Positions 1 through 10,149 of a stretch of 64,000 nucleotides of DNA are shown here, piece by piece. A program made the translations under genes and the position numbers. Numbering within the stretch: the stretch's first letter is position 1; each line of letters opens with the position of its first letter. The notes below the pieces were generated by a model. That model saw only the letters and a list, made by a program, of their open reading frames with translations, searched no databases and was not told the origin of the DNA. Origin of the DNA: Alphaproteobacteria bacterium (GTDB taxonomy: Bacteria; Pseudomonadota; Alphaproteobacteria; Bin95); the NCBI GenBank assembly GCA_963665325.3, contig CAXXWS020000003.1, positions 576,001 through 640,000 of the forward strand. Reading direction: 5' to 3'.

Positions 1-44
1 CCGCCTGCGGCGCTTGCAACCCCTGCAAGCCCAAGAGCAACTAA
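1..44 (+). CDS. 3' end of a Cys-rich protein (...ACGACNPCKPKSN*), NPC-repeat type tail; truncated by window start
   Basis: Frame from 3 reads GCC TGC GGC GCT TGC AAC CCC TGC AAG CCC AAG AGC AAC TAA; a terminator follows. Confidence 0.55.
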   Translation, partial: ACGACNPCKPKSN

Positions 45-90
45 GCCCGAACGGGCCGCGGCCGGCTCACCAGCCGGCCGCACCTTCCGT

Positions 91-123
91 GGCCGCGGCG
101 CAGAAATGCGCCGCGGCCTTTTT
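91..123 (+). terminator. Intrinsic terminator
   Basis: GGCCGCGGCGCA-GAAA-TGCGCCGCGGCC hairpin followed by TTTTT, between convergent genes. Confidence 0.8.
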
Positions 124-677
124 CATGCGGCGTCGGAAATCGCCTGCGCTTCCGGCTCCAGATCCAGCTGGAGGGCGTCGTTGAAGCGGTTGAATGCCCC
201 GCAGAGCGCGATCCGCCACGTCAGTTCGACGATCTGCTCCTCGCTGAAATGCGCTTTCAGCCGTTCGAGAATCCCGTCGCGGATGCCCCCGGCGCGGTCG
301 TTGACCTGGACGGCGTACTCGACCACCAGGCGGTCGATATCGTCGAGTTCCGGGTGGTTTTCCGGGTCGTCCAGCAGGATGGCGACCCCGGCGGCGCTCA
401 TTCCCTCAACAGCCAGCATCGGTCCGTGATGGGCCACGCAATAGTCGCAGGCATTGCGCTGCGAGACCGCGACCAGCGCCAGCTCCAGATAGCGGCGCGG
501 CAGCACGGCTTCCCGGCGCAGCGCCGTCAGCAGGCCGAACGTGTGCTCCAGAATGGGCGGCCGCCGGCCGAGCGCGCCCACCAGGCTGGCGAACGGCCCG
601 TAGGAAGCTGCATCGTCCACAAGCGGATGCAGGGCGGGCGGCAGGTCTTCTCGTGCGGCATAGGCGATGCGGGCCAT
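123..677 (-). CDS. Carboxymuconolactone decarboxylase/AhpD-like protein
   Basis: ELALVAVSQRNACDYCVAHH (CxxC..H) motif; ATG at 677 with GGAGG upstream. Confidence 0.85.
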   Translation of the reverse strand: MARIAYAAREDLPPALHPLVDDAASYGPFASLVGALGRRPPILEHTFGLLTALRREAVLPRRYLELALVAVSQRNACDYCVAHHGPMLAVEGMSAAGVAILLDDPENHPELDDIDRLVVEYAVQVNDRAGGIRDGILERLKAHFSEEQIVELTWRIALCGAFNRFNDALQLDLEPEAQAISDAA

Positions 678-691
678 GGGCGGCACCTCCG

Positions 692-2785
692 TCAGGCGAT
701 GTCGATGACAATGTTCCCGTAGTCGTCCAGCCACGCGGAATCTTCCGGCGGGACGAGGCAGGTGGCGTCGTATTCCTCAACGATGACCGGGCCCGGTGTT
801 GCGTCCCGGCCGAGATCGCCGCGCGCCAGCACTGCCGCCTCACGCCATCCGTGCTCGCGGCCGAACCATGCGCGGCGGCTGCGGGCCTCGCCTGAGGGCG
901 CGGGCGGCGGGGGCGGCGGCGTCCGGTCATGGGAGAGGCCGCGCCCGACGACCTGCGCGGTCATCAGCTCCACCGGCTCCTCCGGCCCGGCCCGGTGGCC
1001 GTAGGTGCGTTCGTGTTCGACGCCGAATGCCTCCTCCAGGGCGGCAATCCACGCCGCGTCCACCCGGCCCGGCGGCGCGGCGACCTGGAGTTCGAAGATC
1101 TGGCCGTGATAGTGGAGCTGGGCGCTGCGCGCGAGCGTTCGCCGGTCCGGCGGGATGCCGTCGGCTTCGAGCTGTTCGTTCGCCTCCGCCTCCAGCGCGG
1201 CCCATGCGGCTTCGAGTTCTGCCGGGTCGGCTCCGCGCAGGATGCGCCGATGCGCGTGGGAGTAGTGGTGTTCGACGTCGGCATGGAGCAGGCCGAAAGA
1301 CGAGAACAGCCCCGGCGACGGCGGCACCAGCACCCGCTTAATGGCAAGTTCGCGCGCCATGCCTGCGGCGAAAAGCGGCCCGTTGCCGCCGAAGGCGAAC
1401 AGCGCATAGTCGCGCGGGTCGCGCCCGCGCTCCGAAGAGACGGCGCGGATGGCGCGGATCATGTTCGAGGCGGCGATGCGGTGGGCGCCCAGCGCCGCAT
1501 CTTCAGGCGCGAGCCCCATCGGACCCGCGATGCAGCGCTCGAAGGCCTTCCGTGCTGCCTCGAAATCGAGCTTGAGCGCGCCGCCGACAAGATGGCCCGG
1601 ATTGAGGTATCCGAGCAGCAGGTTGGAGTCGGTGAGGGTCGGTTCGGTTCCGCCCGCGCCGTAGCAGACCGGTCCCGGATCGGCGCCCGCGCTTTCCGGC
1701 CCGACCTGGAGGGCGCCGGCGGCGTCCAGGCGGAGCAGCGAACCGCCCCCGGCGCCGACTTCCGCGAGGTCGATGGCCGGCGTCTTGACGACATAACCGG
1801 CGCCGGTCATCAGCCGCGAGCCGGCGATAACTCCGGCGCCCACGCTGAATTCGAGCGCGCGCGAGACTTCGCCGCGCTCGACGATGGACGCCTTGGCCGT
1901 GGTGCCGCCCATGTCGAAGGTAAGGACATTTTCGAGGCCGACGGCCTGGGCCAGTGCCTGCGCCCCGATCACCCCGCCGGCAGGGCCGGATTCGACAATG
2001 TGCATGGGCAGGCTGCGCGCCGCCTGGGAAGGCATGAGCCCGCCACTCGACTGCATCAACAGCAGCGGCGCGCGGGTGCCTATGCCGGCAAAACCCTCTT
2101 CCAGCCCTGCCAGATACCGCGAGACCACCGGCTTCAGGCACGCATTCACCACCGTTGTGGAGGTGCGTTCGTATTCCTTCGCCTCGGGCAGCACGCGGTG
2201 GCTTACGCTGGTTTCGATTTCAGGCGCGAGGCGCTCGATGATTTCGGCGACAATTTGTTCATGCGCGGGGTTGGCGTAGCTGTGCAGCAGCGCCACGGCG
2301 ATGGCCTCGACGCCCTCGTCCAGCAGACGCCGGACCGCCGCTTCCGCGTCGTCGGGGTCGAGCGGCGCCTGGACCTTGCCCTCATGGGTCATGCGCTCGG
2401 CGACCGTGCGGCGCAGATAGCGCGGCACGAGGGGCGGCGGCTTCTGCCAGGCGATGTCGTAGAGGCGCGGCATGCGCAGATTGCGGATCTCCAGGATGTC
2501 GCGGAAGCCGTCGGTGGCGATCAGCCCGGTTTTCGCGCCCTTGCCTTCGAGGATGGCGTTGGAGGCCACCGTGGTGCCGTGGCGCAGCTCGGCGATGTCT
2601 TCGCCCGCGAACGCGCCTTCCCCGATCAGCCCGGCCAGCGCCTCGACGATGGCGCGGGCGTAGTTGTCCACGGAGGAGGAGACCTTGCGGGTCAGCAGCT
2701 GGCCGCTCCCGTCGAGACAGACGATGTCGGTAAAGGTGCCGCCGATGTCGATTCCGAGGCGCCAGCGGGCTTCAGCGTTTTTCAT
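692..2785 (-). CDS. Hydantoinase/oxoprolinase A subunit (N-methylhydantoinase A family)
   Basis: GIDIGGTFTD, HGTTVASNA, ESGPAGG, DMGGTT and GAGGGS motifs. Confidence 0.93.
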   Translation of the reverse strand: MKNAEARWRLGIDIGGTFTDIVCLDGSGQLLTRKVSSSVDNYARAIVEALAGLIGEGAFAGEDIAELRHGTTVASNAILEGKGAKTGLIATDGFRDILEIRNLRMPRLYDIAWQKPPPLVPRYLRRTVAERMTHEGKVQAPLDPDDAEAAVRRLLDEGVEAIAVALLHSYANPAHEQIVAEIIERLAPEIETSVSHRVLPEAKEYERTSTTVVNACLKPVVSRYLAGLEEGFAGIGTRAPLLLMQSSGGLMPSQAARSLPMHIVESGPAGGVIGAQALAQAVGLENVLTFDMGGTTAKASIVERGEVSRALEFSVGAGVIAGSRLMTGAGYVVKTPAIDLAEVGAGGGSLLRLDAAGALQVGPESAGADPGPVCYGAGGTEPTLTDSNLLLGYLNPGHLVGGALKLDFEAARKAFERCIAGPMGLAPEDAALGAHRIAASNMIRAIRAVSSERGRDPRDYALFAFGGNGPLFAAGMARELAIKRVLVPPSPGLFSSFGLLHADVEHHYSHAHRRILRGADPAELEAAWAALEAEANEQLEADGIPPDRRTLARSAQLHYHGQIFELQVAAPPGRVDAAWIAALEEAFGVEHERTYGHRAGPEEPVELMTAQVVGRGLSHDRTPPPPPPAPSGEARSRRAWFGREHGWREAAVLARGDLGRDATPGPVIVEEYDATCLVPPEDSAWLDDYGNIVIDIA

Positions 2786-2952
2786 ATGTCGTCGCTCTCG
2801 TCGGGATTTACCCGGGGCCGGGGCGCGTTCGCGCGCCGCCGATTCTTGTCATCATGGATAGCCGCCGGGTCATAGCGGATGCAGGGTAGCAACGGATCCC
2901 GGGGCCGTCACCCGGCGCCCGGCCGAAAACGGGTTATCCGTGCTGCAGGCTG

Positions 2953-3855
2953 CTACTCGCTTCGTTCGAGGGCGGTCTCGCGCACCGTCTGCACAAGCCG
3001 GCGAAACGGCGGCAGTTCCTCGGCCGAGCGGCGTACGACATAGCCGGACCGGTAGCGGCAGAGGCCGAACTCGACCGGAAGGGGCCGGAGGAACTGTCCG
3101 GGGAGTCGTTCGAGGAAGGAGAACGGCAGCAAGGCAAGATAGGGCCCGCCGTTCAGGATGGACAGGCAGGCGCTCCCGCTTTGCACGACGATTTTCGCGC
3201 GGATGTCCGTGGCCTGGTAGAGCCGGTCGAGTAGGCTGGCCAGGGGTGGCTCGCGGGAGAAATCAATCCAGGGACAGCGGGCGAGGTCTCCGTCGGAGAT
3301 GTCCCGGGAGAAGAGCGGGTGGTCGCGCCAGGCGACGATTCCCGCGGTCACGTCCAGAAAACGTTCCCGCCTGAGCGACGCATGCAGAAGCTCGCCAATG
3401 TCGATGCCGCCGCAATGCAGGTCGCTTTCGCCGTCGGCGAGTTGCCGGAGCCCCTCGGCGCGGCTGGCCATGTCGACCCTGATATCGATCCCCGGACTAT
3501 CTTCGTGGAAGCGGGCAAGGGCTGCGGGCAGTACGGTTTCAGTCCATGTCGGGCTGGCGGTGATACGGAAGCTGCCCGTCCGCCCCGACCGGGCGGCGCT
3601 CAAAGCCTCTTCGGCAGCTTCGATCTCGCCCAGGATTCGCCGCGCGAGAATGTTGACGGTGGCGCCCAGCGCGGTCAGGCGCACACCGTGCGGCAGGCGT
3701 TCGAAGAGCCGGCCTCCGAGCTGGCGCTCGAGCCGTGCGACAACGCGGGTGAGCGCAGGCTGGGTGATCGCCAGCCTGTCGGCCGCGGTGGCTATTCTTC
3801 CTGCTTCGACAACGGCAAGAAATCGGACAAGGTCGCTGCGCTTCTCGAACATCAT
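2953..3855 (-). CDS. LysR-family transcriptional regulator
   Basis: N-terminal HTH FLAVVEAGRIATAADRLAITQPALTRVVARLE..LFER; 300 aa. Confidence 0.93.
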   Translation of the reverse strand: MMFEKRSDLVRFLAVVEAGRIATAADRLAITQPALTRVVARLERQLGGRLFERLPHGVRLTALGATVNILARRILGEIEAAEEALSAARSGRTGSFRITASPTWTETVLPAALARFHEDSPGIDIRVDMASRAEGLRQLADGESDLHCGGIDIGELLHASLRRERFLDVTAGIVAWRDHPLFSRDISDGDLARCPWIDFSREPPLASLLDRLYQATDIRAKIVVQSGSACLSILNGGPYLALLPFSFLERLPGQFLRPLPVEFGLCRYRSGYVVRRSAEELPPFRRLVQTVRETALERSE

Positions 3856-4055
3856 CGCCGTTCAGCGCGTGTTCCGGATCGAAAAATGTCGTAGCAGAAA
3901 GAGCATCGATAGTTGTGCCGATCGGCTTCGTGCCCGCGCGCCGGTCGGCAGACTGGGGGGAAGGACCATCGCCAACATCCCGATACGGCGCACAATGAGA
4001 CCGATTGAGTAAAGGACAGGAAACGGGAATGAAAATGCTGTTAGGAGGAAAATCC

Positions 4056-4070
4056 ATGCCGGAAGGGCAT
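4056..4070. promoter_or_regulatory. Putative LysR box (T-N11-A)
   Basis: ATGC-N7-GCAT dyad about 200 bp upstream of the LysR gene. Confidence 0.45.
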
Positions 4071-4306
4071 AGGCATTGCAGCGAATCTTTCATGCGACAG
4101 CAGCCTCGCCTTGTTGACCCGAGACAAGCCGCTCCGGCGCAGCACCGCCGCGTCGGGCGACGGTTGCGCCGTGCGCTCAATTGCCGGTCAGGACGCTGCA
4201 TCCGGGGCTATCCGGGACGCAGGTAGTGTCAGGGACTCCATTGCGGCCGGCGCCGGTCCGCGACCTCGCGCCCGCCGGCTGCGAACCGGCCCGCTGGCGG
4301 GCGCGG

Positions 4307-5068
4307 TCAGCCGCGCATAGCTTCGAAGCCTGCCCTGGCAGCCTGCTGCAACAGGCTCGCATCGGTGCCGTAGCAGATGAAATCGACGCCCTCGCCGATC
4401 AGGCGGCTGCCTTCCTCCGGCGACCCCACCAGGCGCCCGATGCCTTTGCCGGCCGCATGCGCCGCCGCGACGATGCGCCGGTGGGCATTCACGAAATCCG
4501 GGTGGTCGAACGCGCCCGGCACGCCCAGGCTGCAGCTCAGGTCGAAATGGCCGATCCAGAGCAGGTCCACCTGCGGCAGGGCGGCGATGGCCTCGACATT
4601 CTCCACACCCTCCGCCGTCTCGATCAGCGGGATGCAGACCGTGCGGGCGTTGGCGGCGGCAAGCGCTTCTGCGGGCGGGCCGGCGGCATAGCGGTCGTGC
4701 GCAATGCCGAGTGCCACGCCGCGCACCCCGTCCGGCGGATATTTCATGTAGCCCGCAAGCTCGCGGACCTCATCGGCGGACCCGGCCATCGGCAGCAGCA
4801 GGCCTTCCGCGCCGGCGTCGAGCGCGGTCGCGATGTCGGGATAGGTCTTGCCCGCCCGGCGCACGAAATGCGGCATGCCGGCGGCTTCGAGATAGCGCAG
4901 GATGCGCTTCAGCCCCTCGATGCCGATGCCGCTATGCTCGCAATCGACGAAGACGAAGTCCGCCCCCGCCGCCCGGTAGATATGGCCGATGCCGGGGCTC
5001 TCGAACTCCATGATGCAGGCTCCGAGCTTGACGTCCCGGTGGCCGGCCATTTCTTTCAGGCTCGCCAT
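4307..5068 (-). CDS. HpcH/HpaI aldolase family protein
   Basis: DFVFVDCEH, LDAGAEG, KYPPDGVRG, IET..GVENV and WIGHFDLS motifs. Confidence 0.92.
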   Translation of the reverse strand: MASLKEMAGHRDVKLGACIMEFESPGIGHIYRAAGADFVFVDCEHSGIGIEGLKRILRYLEAAGMPHFVRRAGKTYPDIATALDAGAEGLLLPMAGSADEVRELAGYMKYPPDGVRGVALGIAHDRYAAGPPAEALAAANARTVCIPLIETAEGVENVEAIAALPQVDLLWIGHFDLSCSLGVPGAFDHPDFVNAHRRIVAAAHAAGKGIGRLVGSPEEGSRLIGEGVDFICYGTDASLLQQAARAGFEAMRG

Positions 5069-5142
5069 AGCGGCTCCGTTTGTTGCAGGCTTGTGCGCTA
5101 CGCTATCCCGGAAGCCGGGACGAGGAAAAGACAGGAGAAGCC

Positions 5143-5892
5143 ATGACGGCGCAGTACGACTTCACGAACCAGGCAGCCATAGTCACGGGCGGTGCGCGCG
5201 GCATCGGCCTCGCGATTGCACACCGCCTCCACCGCGACGGCGCGGCGGTCGCGGTCTGGGACATGGATGCGGCAGCGGGCGAGGTGGCGGCGGCCGAACT
5301 CGGCGAGCGCGCGGCGTCCTTCGTCGTCGACGTGACGGACTATGCTGCCGTGGAGGCTGCGCTCGCGGCCACCGAATCCCGGCTCGGCCCGGTCTCGATC
5401 CTCTGCAACAATGCCGGCATCGCCGGACCTGCCGGGCCCGCCTGGGACTATCCGCTAGAGGATTGGCACGCCGTCATCGACCTCGACCTGAACGGCGTTT
5501 ACTACGGGTGCCGCGCCGTCCTGCCGGGGATGATGGCGCGCGGCTACGGGCGCGTCGTCAACACGGCCTCCATCGCCGGCAAGGAAGGCAACGCCAACGC
5601 GGCCGCCTACAGCGCCGCCAAGGCGGCCGTCATCGGGCTTACGAAGTCGCTCGGCAAGGAGACGGTCGCCACCGGCGTGCTGGTCAACTGCGTCGCCCCG
5701 GCGGCGGTCGAGACGGACATCTTCAAGCAGATCACGGAAGCGCACATCGAGATGATGCGCTCCAAGATCCCGATGGGCCGCTTCGGCACCGTGGACGAAG
5801 TCGCCAACATCGTCGCCTGGCTCTGTTCGTCGGAGTGCAGCTTCCAGACCGGCGCCGTCTTCGACGTCTCCGGCGGCCGCGCGACCTATTGA
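5143..5892 (+). CDS. Short-chain dehydrogenase/reductase
   Basis: TGGARGIG, NNAGI and YSAAK motifs; ATG 5143 after AGGAGA. Confidence 0.93.
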   Translation: MTAQYDFTNQAAIVTGGARGIGLAIAHRLHRDGAAVAVWDMDAAAGEVAAAELGERAASFVVDVTDYAAVEAALAATESRLGPVSILCNNAGIAGPAGPAWDYPLEDWHAVIDLDLNGVYYGCRAVLPGMMARGYGRVVNTASIAGKEGNANAAAYSAAKAAVIGLTKSLGKETVATGVLVNCVAPAAVETDIFKQITEAHIEMMRSKIPMGRFGTVDEVANIVAWLCSSECSFQTGAVFDVSGGRATY

Positions 5893-5923
5893 GGCGAAGC
5901 CGGGAGGGAGCCTCCTCGCCTCC

Positions 5924-6703
5924 TCAGCGGTGCTGCCAGACCGGCTCGCGCTTGGCGATGAAGGCGTCGACGCCTTCTTCCGCGTCGCGCATCTCCATGT
6001 TCGCCGCGATGACGCCGCTGGTGTAGTCGTAGGCTTCGTCCAGCCCCATTTCGAGCTGACGGTAGAAGGCTTCCTTGCCGATCTTGACCACGGCGCCCGA
6101 CTTGCCGGCGATCTTCGTTGCCAGCGCCTGCGTTTCGGCTTCGAGCGCGGCTGCGGGCACGACCCGGTTGACGAGCCCGAACCGCCAGGCCGTCTCCGCG
6201 TCCATCAGGTCGCCGGTCAGCAGCATCTCCATGGCATGCTTGCGCGAGACCGCGCGCGAGAGCGCGACCATCGGCGTCGAGCAGAAGAGGCCGATATTGA
6301 CGCCGGGTGTCGCAAACCGCGCTTCCTCGCTCGCAACGGCAAGGTCGCAGCTTGCGACGAGCTGGCAGCCGGCCGCGGTCGCAATGCCGTGGACGCGTGC
6401 GATCACCGGCTGGGGCTGGCGTACGATGCGCGTCATCAGCGCGCTGCATTCGGCGAACAGGATGTCGTAGAAGGCGCGGTCCGGCGTGGCGCGAATTTCC
6501 TTCAGGTCGTGCCCGGCGCAATAGCCGGGGCCGTTGGCGGCGATTATCACCGCACGCACCGAGCGGTCCTGCCCGATGGCGTCCAGAGCGCCGGACAGCG
6601 CGGCGAGCATCGGGCGGGAGAGCGCGTTGCGCTGCTCCGGCCGGTTGAGGGTAAGCGTGGCGACGCCGTTCTGGTCGTCGCGCAGCAGGATCGATTCGCT
6701 CAT
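5924..6703 (-). CDS. Enoyl-CoA hydratase/isomerase family protein
   Basis: LNRPEQRNAL, CAGHDLKE, AAGCQLVASCD and PGVNIGLFC motifs. Confidence 0.92.
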   Translation of the reverse strand: MSESILLRDDQNGVATLTLNRPEQRNALSRPMLAALSGALDAIGQDRSVRAVIIAANGPGYCAGHDLKEIRATPDRAFYDILFAECSALMTRIVRQPQPVIARVHGIATAAGCQLVASCDLAVASEEARFATPGVNIGLFCSTPMVALSRAVSRKHAMEMLLTGDLMDAETAWRFGLVNRVVPAAALEAETQALATKIAGKSGAVVKIGKEAFYRQLEMGLDEAYDYTSGVIAANMEMRDAEEGVDAFIAKREPVWQHR

Positions 6704-6749
6704 CGGTTCGGTCTCCCGCGCAGCCGGAACACCCGCGACGCCTCGCGCA

Positions 6750-6777
6750 TTGACAGGCGCTGCGGTGCGGTTATGTT
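6750..6777 (+). promoter_or_regulatory. Sigma70-like promoter of rplM-rpsI
   Basis: TTGACA-16 nt-TATGTT upstream of rplM. Confidence 0.65.
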
Positions 6778-6810
6778 GCGCCGCCGTCTCGCTCCAGTGA
6801 AGAGGGACAG

Positions 6811-7272
6811 ATGAACACATACTCCGCCAAGCCGGCAGACGTCGAGCGGAATTGGTGGCTGGTCGATGCCGACGGGCTGGTGCTCGGCCGCCTTGCCTCG
6901 ATTATCGCCATGCGGCTGCGCGGCAAGCACAAAGCGCTTTACACGCCGCATATCGATTGCGGCGACCATGTGGTGGTCGTCAATGCGGACAAGGTGGCGC
7001 TGACCGGCGCGAAGGAAGACGACAAGGTCTATAACTGGCATACGGGTTATCCGGGCGGCCTGCGCTCGCGGACGGTGCGCGAGCAGCGCGACCGGCGCCC
7101 GGAGCAGCTTGTCGTCAAGGCTGTCGAACGGATGCTGCCCAAGACGAAACTCGGCCGGCAGGTCATTTCGAAGCTGCATGTCTATGCCGGCCCCGAGCAC
7201 CGCCATGCCGGCCAGAAGCCGGCGCCGCTCGACATCGCGGCCATGAACCGCAAGAACGCCAGGAGGGCCTGA
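6811..7272 (+). CDS. rplM: 50S ribosomal protein L13
   Basis: [21 protein letters not shown] and HTGYPGG motifs. Confidence 0.99.
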   Translation: MNTYSAKPADVERNWWLVDADGLVLGRLASIIAMRLRGKHKALYTPHIDCGDHVVVVNADKVALTGAKEDDKVYNWHTGYPGGLRSRTVREQRDRRPEQLVVKAVERMLPKTKLGRQVISKLHVYAGPEHRHAGQKPAPLDIAAMNRKNARRA

Positions 7273-7277
7273 AGGTC

Positions 7278-7772
7278 ATGGCCGAGGAGACCCGCACACT
7301 CGCCGACCTGAAACAGGTTCTCGACACCGATGACGTCCCGGAGCGGCCGGCCCCGGCAATGCCTGCGGCGCCGGAGATCGACAGTTTCGGGCGCGCCTAC
7401 GCCACCGGCAAGCGCAAGGAGTCCATCGCGCGCGTCTGGATCCGTCCCGGCGCCGGACGGGTGACGGTCAACGGCAAGACGGGGGAGGCCTATTTCCCGA
7501 GGCCGACCCACCGCATGCTGCTCGCCCAGCCTTTCGTCGCGGTCAACCGCACGAACCAGTACGACGTGATCTGCACGGTGCGCGGCGGCGGCCAGTCCGG
7601 CCAGGCCGGCGCGGTGCGCCACGGCATCGCCAAGGCGCTCACCTGTTTCGAACCGGGCTTGCGCCCGGCGCTCAAGCAGGGCGGGTTCCTGACCCGCGAT
7701 GCGCGCCGCGTGGAACGCAAGAAATACGGCAAGCCGAAGGCGCGGCGCAGCTTCCAGTTCTCGAAACGCTGA
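7278..7772 (+). CDS. rpsI: 30S ribosomal protein S9
   Basis: [20 protein letters not shown] and C-terminal [11 protein letters not shown]. Confidence 0.99.
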   Translation: MAEETRTLADLKQVLDTDDVPERPAPAMPAAPEIDSFGRAYATGKRKESIARVWIRPGAGRVTVNGKTGEAYFPRPTHRMLLAQPFVAVNRTNQYDVICTVRGGGQSGQAGAVRHGIAKALTCFEPGLRPALKQGGFLTRDARRVERKKYGKPKARRSFQFSKR

Positions 7773-7821
7773 CGCGGTCCCGGCGCGGGAGACCGCGCTC
7801 AAGGGAAGGGAGACCCGCCCC

Positions 7822-8871
7822 ATGCCCCAGATCGGAAACCGGGCCCGGGCGGCGATCCTGGGCGCGAGCGGCTACACCGGCGCGGAACTGATCCGCCTGC
7901 TGGCCCGCCACCCCTATATCGAAATCCGCACGCTCACCGCCGACCGGCGCGCGGGCGAGCCTTTTGGCGCGGTGTTCCCGCATCTGGCCGCGCTCGGCCT
8001 GCCGGACCTGGTGCGCATCGAGGATGTGGATTTCGGCGCCCATGACATCGTGTTCTGTTGCCTGCCGCACGGCACGACGCAGGAAACGATCGCGGCCCTG
8101 CCGGCGCATCTGAAGGTTGTGGACCTCTCCGCCGATTTCCGCCTCGCCGATATCGACACCTATGCGGAATGGTACGGCCATGCCCACCGGGCGCCTGAAC
8201 TCCAGAAGAGCGCGGTTTACGGGCTCACCGAGATCAAGCGCGGGCAAGTCGCACGCGCCCGCCTGGTCGCCAATCCGGGCTGCTACCCGACAAGCGCGCA
8301 GCTCCCGCTGGTGCCGCTGATCGAGGCGGGCGCGGTCGAGTCGCGCAACATCATCGTGGACGCGAAGTCCGGCGTCACCGGGGCCGGGCGGTCGCTGCGC
8401 GAGGACGTCCTGTTCGCGGAAGTGCAGGACGGCATCCATGCCTACGGCATCGGCCGGCACCGCCACGCGCCGGAGATCGAGCAGGGGCTCGGCGAGGCGG
8501 CGGGCGCGCCCGTCATCGTCAGCTTCACCCCGCATCTGGCGCCGATGAACCGGGGTATCCTCTCCACCATCTATGTCGAACTCGCCAATGGCGAGACGGC
8601 CGATGGGCTCAGGAACCGGCTGCGCGAACGTTATGCAGACGAGCCCTTCGTGCATGTGCTGCCCTCCGGCGCACCCGCGACCCGCCATGTGCGCGGCACC
8701 AATCGCTGCGATATCGGCGTGGCGGCGGACCGCGCACCCGGCCGGGCGATCCTGGTCTCGGCCATCGACAACCTCGTCAAGGGCGCGTCGGGCCAGGCCG
8801 TGCAGAACATGAACGCCATGCAGGGCTGGGAGGAGACGACGGGGCTCGAGCTGGAAGCGATGTATCCGTGA
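7822..8871 (+). CDS. argC: N-acetyl-gamma-glutamyl-phosphate reductase
   Basis: GASGYTG, ANPGCYPT and DNLVKGASGQAVQN motifs. Confidence 0.98.
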   Translation: MPQIGNRARAAILGASGYTGAELIRLLARHPYIEIRTLTADRRAGEPFGAVFPHLAALGLPDLVRIEDVDFGAHDIVFCCLPHGTTQETIAALPAHLKVVDLSADFRLADIDTYAEWYGHAHRAPELQKSAVYGLTEIKRGQVARARLVANPGCYPTSAQLPLVPLIEAGAVESRNIIVDAKSGVTGAGRSLREDVLFAEVQDGIHAYGIGRHRHAPEIEQGLGEAAGAPVIVSFTPHLAPMNRGILSTIYVELANGETADGLRNRLRERYADEPFVHVLPSGAPATRHVRGTNRCDIGVAADRAPGRAILVSAIDNLVKGASGQAVQNMNAMQGWEETTGLELEAMYP

Positions 8872-9398
8872 GGGGAGCGGTTCTGCCCTATCGGGGCGTC
8901 TGGCCGAAGCTTGCGGACGATGTTTTCATAGCGCCGGGCGCCGTAGTGGTCGGCGATGTCGAGATCGGGGCCGGCGCCAGCGTCTGGTACAATGCTGTAG
9001 TGCGCGGCGATGTCGGCCGCATCCGCATCGGTGCAGGCACCAATATTCAGGACGGGACGGTGGTGCATGTCACCGGCGGCGCCTTCGACACCGTGATCGG
9101 GGACGAGGTGCTGGTCGGCCACCGCTGCATGATCCACGGCTGCCGGCTGGAGGACCGCGCCTTCATCGGCATGAGCGCGACCGTGCTGGACGGCTGCGTC
9201 GTCGAAGGCGACGCCATGCTGGCCGCCGGCTCCCTGCTTTCGCCCGGCAAGCGCATTCCGGCCGGGGAACTCTGGGCCGGCACGCCCGCCAAGAAAATGC
9301 GCGATCTCACCCCGGAAGCACTGGCCGGCTTCCGCCGGCAAGTCGCCCACTACGCCTGGAACGCCCAGGTCCACATCGAATCGCTGGCGGACTTGTAG
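8868..9398 (+). CDS. Gamma carbonic anhydrase family protein
   Basis: Hexapeptide repeats, RGDV, NIQD..VVH and GH...HGC motifs; GTGA overlap with argC. Confidence 0.92.
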   Translation: MRGAVLPYRGVWPKLADDVFIAPGAVVVGDVEIGAGASVWYNAVVRGDVGRIRIGAGTNIQDGTVVHVTGGAFDTVIGDEVLVGHRCMIHGCRLEDRAFIGMSATVLDGCVVEGDAMLAAGSLLSPGKRIPAGELWAGTPAKKMRDLTPEALAGFRRQVAHYAWNAQVHIESLADL

Positions 9399-9463
9399 GC
9401 GGCTGTTGCCTTCCAGACGGCGCTGATTCATGCTGCCGCCGGCCCGATAGACACGGTGGGGCG

Positions 9464-10147
9464 ATGGTGCAGAAGAAGCCGAATCGGGAGGATATCAGGG
9501 ACCGGCCGGCCTATACGGTTGCAGAGGCGGCGGGATATCTGAAGATGCCAGCGCCTACTCTCCGGTCATGGGTGCAGGTTATAGACCGTTCCGATGCGCC
9601 CCGACACAATCGGTCGGGTCCGCTAATCGATCCAGCTTGCGAAAGCCCGTTACGCCTTTCTTTCAATAATCTTGTCGAATGTCACACGCTGCGCGCACTC
9701 AGGACGAGGCACGGAGTATCGATAAAATCTGCGCTTGTCGCAATGGAAACGGCAAGAGGAGTTTGCCGTACACAAAGATTACTCTTAAGTGATCGATTGC
9801 GAACGGATGCCGGCGAAGTGTTTCTCGACAAATATGGAGAGTTGGTAAATCTGACCAAATCCGGCCAGATCGCCATGAAGGCCATATTGGCAGGGTTGCT
9901 GAAGTCAATAGACAGGGACGAATTCAGCCTCCCCAAGCGGCTCTATCCGGTTAGTGACGAGAGCAAGGTGATTGTTATCGACCCGCATGTGGCGTTCGGC
10001 CGCCCCGTTATATCCCGCTGTGGAATTTCAACGGGCGCGATTGTCGCTCGGCTGGACGCAAACGAGATGGAAGAAGACATCGCAAACGATTACGAACTGA
10101 CTCTGGACGATGTAAGGCAGGCCGCAATTTATGAAAGAGCGGCGTAA
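9464..10147 (+). CDS. DUF433-domain antitoxin (VapB45-like, N-terminal HTH)
   Basis: YTVAEAAGYLKMP..TLRSW, SFNNLVE and IDP.VAFGRPVI...GIST motifs. Confidence 0.85.
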   Translation: MVQKKPNREDIRDRPAYTVAEAAGYLKMPAPTLRSWVQVIDRSDAPRHNRSGPLIDPACESPLRLSFNNLVECHTLRALRTRHGVSIKSALVAMETARGVCRTQRLLLSDRLRTDAGEVFLDKYGELVNLTKSGQIAMKAILAGLLKSIDRDEFSLPKRLYPVSDESKVIVIDPHVAFGRPVISRCGISTGAIVARLDANEMEEDIANDYELTLDDVRQAAIYERAA

Positions 10148-10149
10148 GT

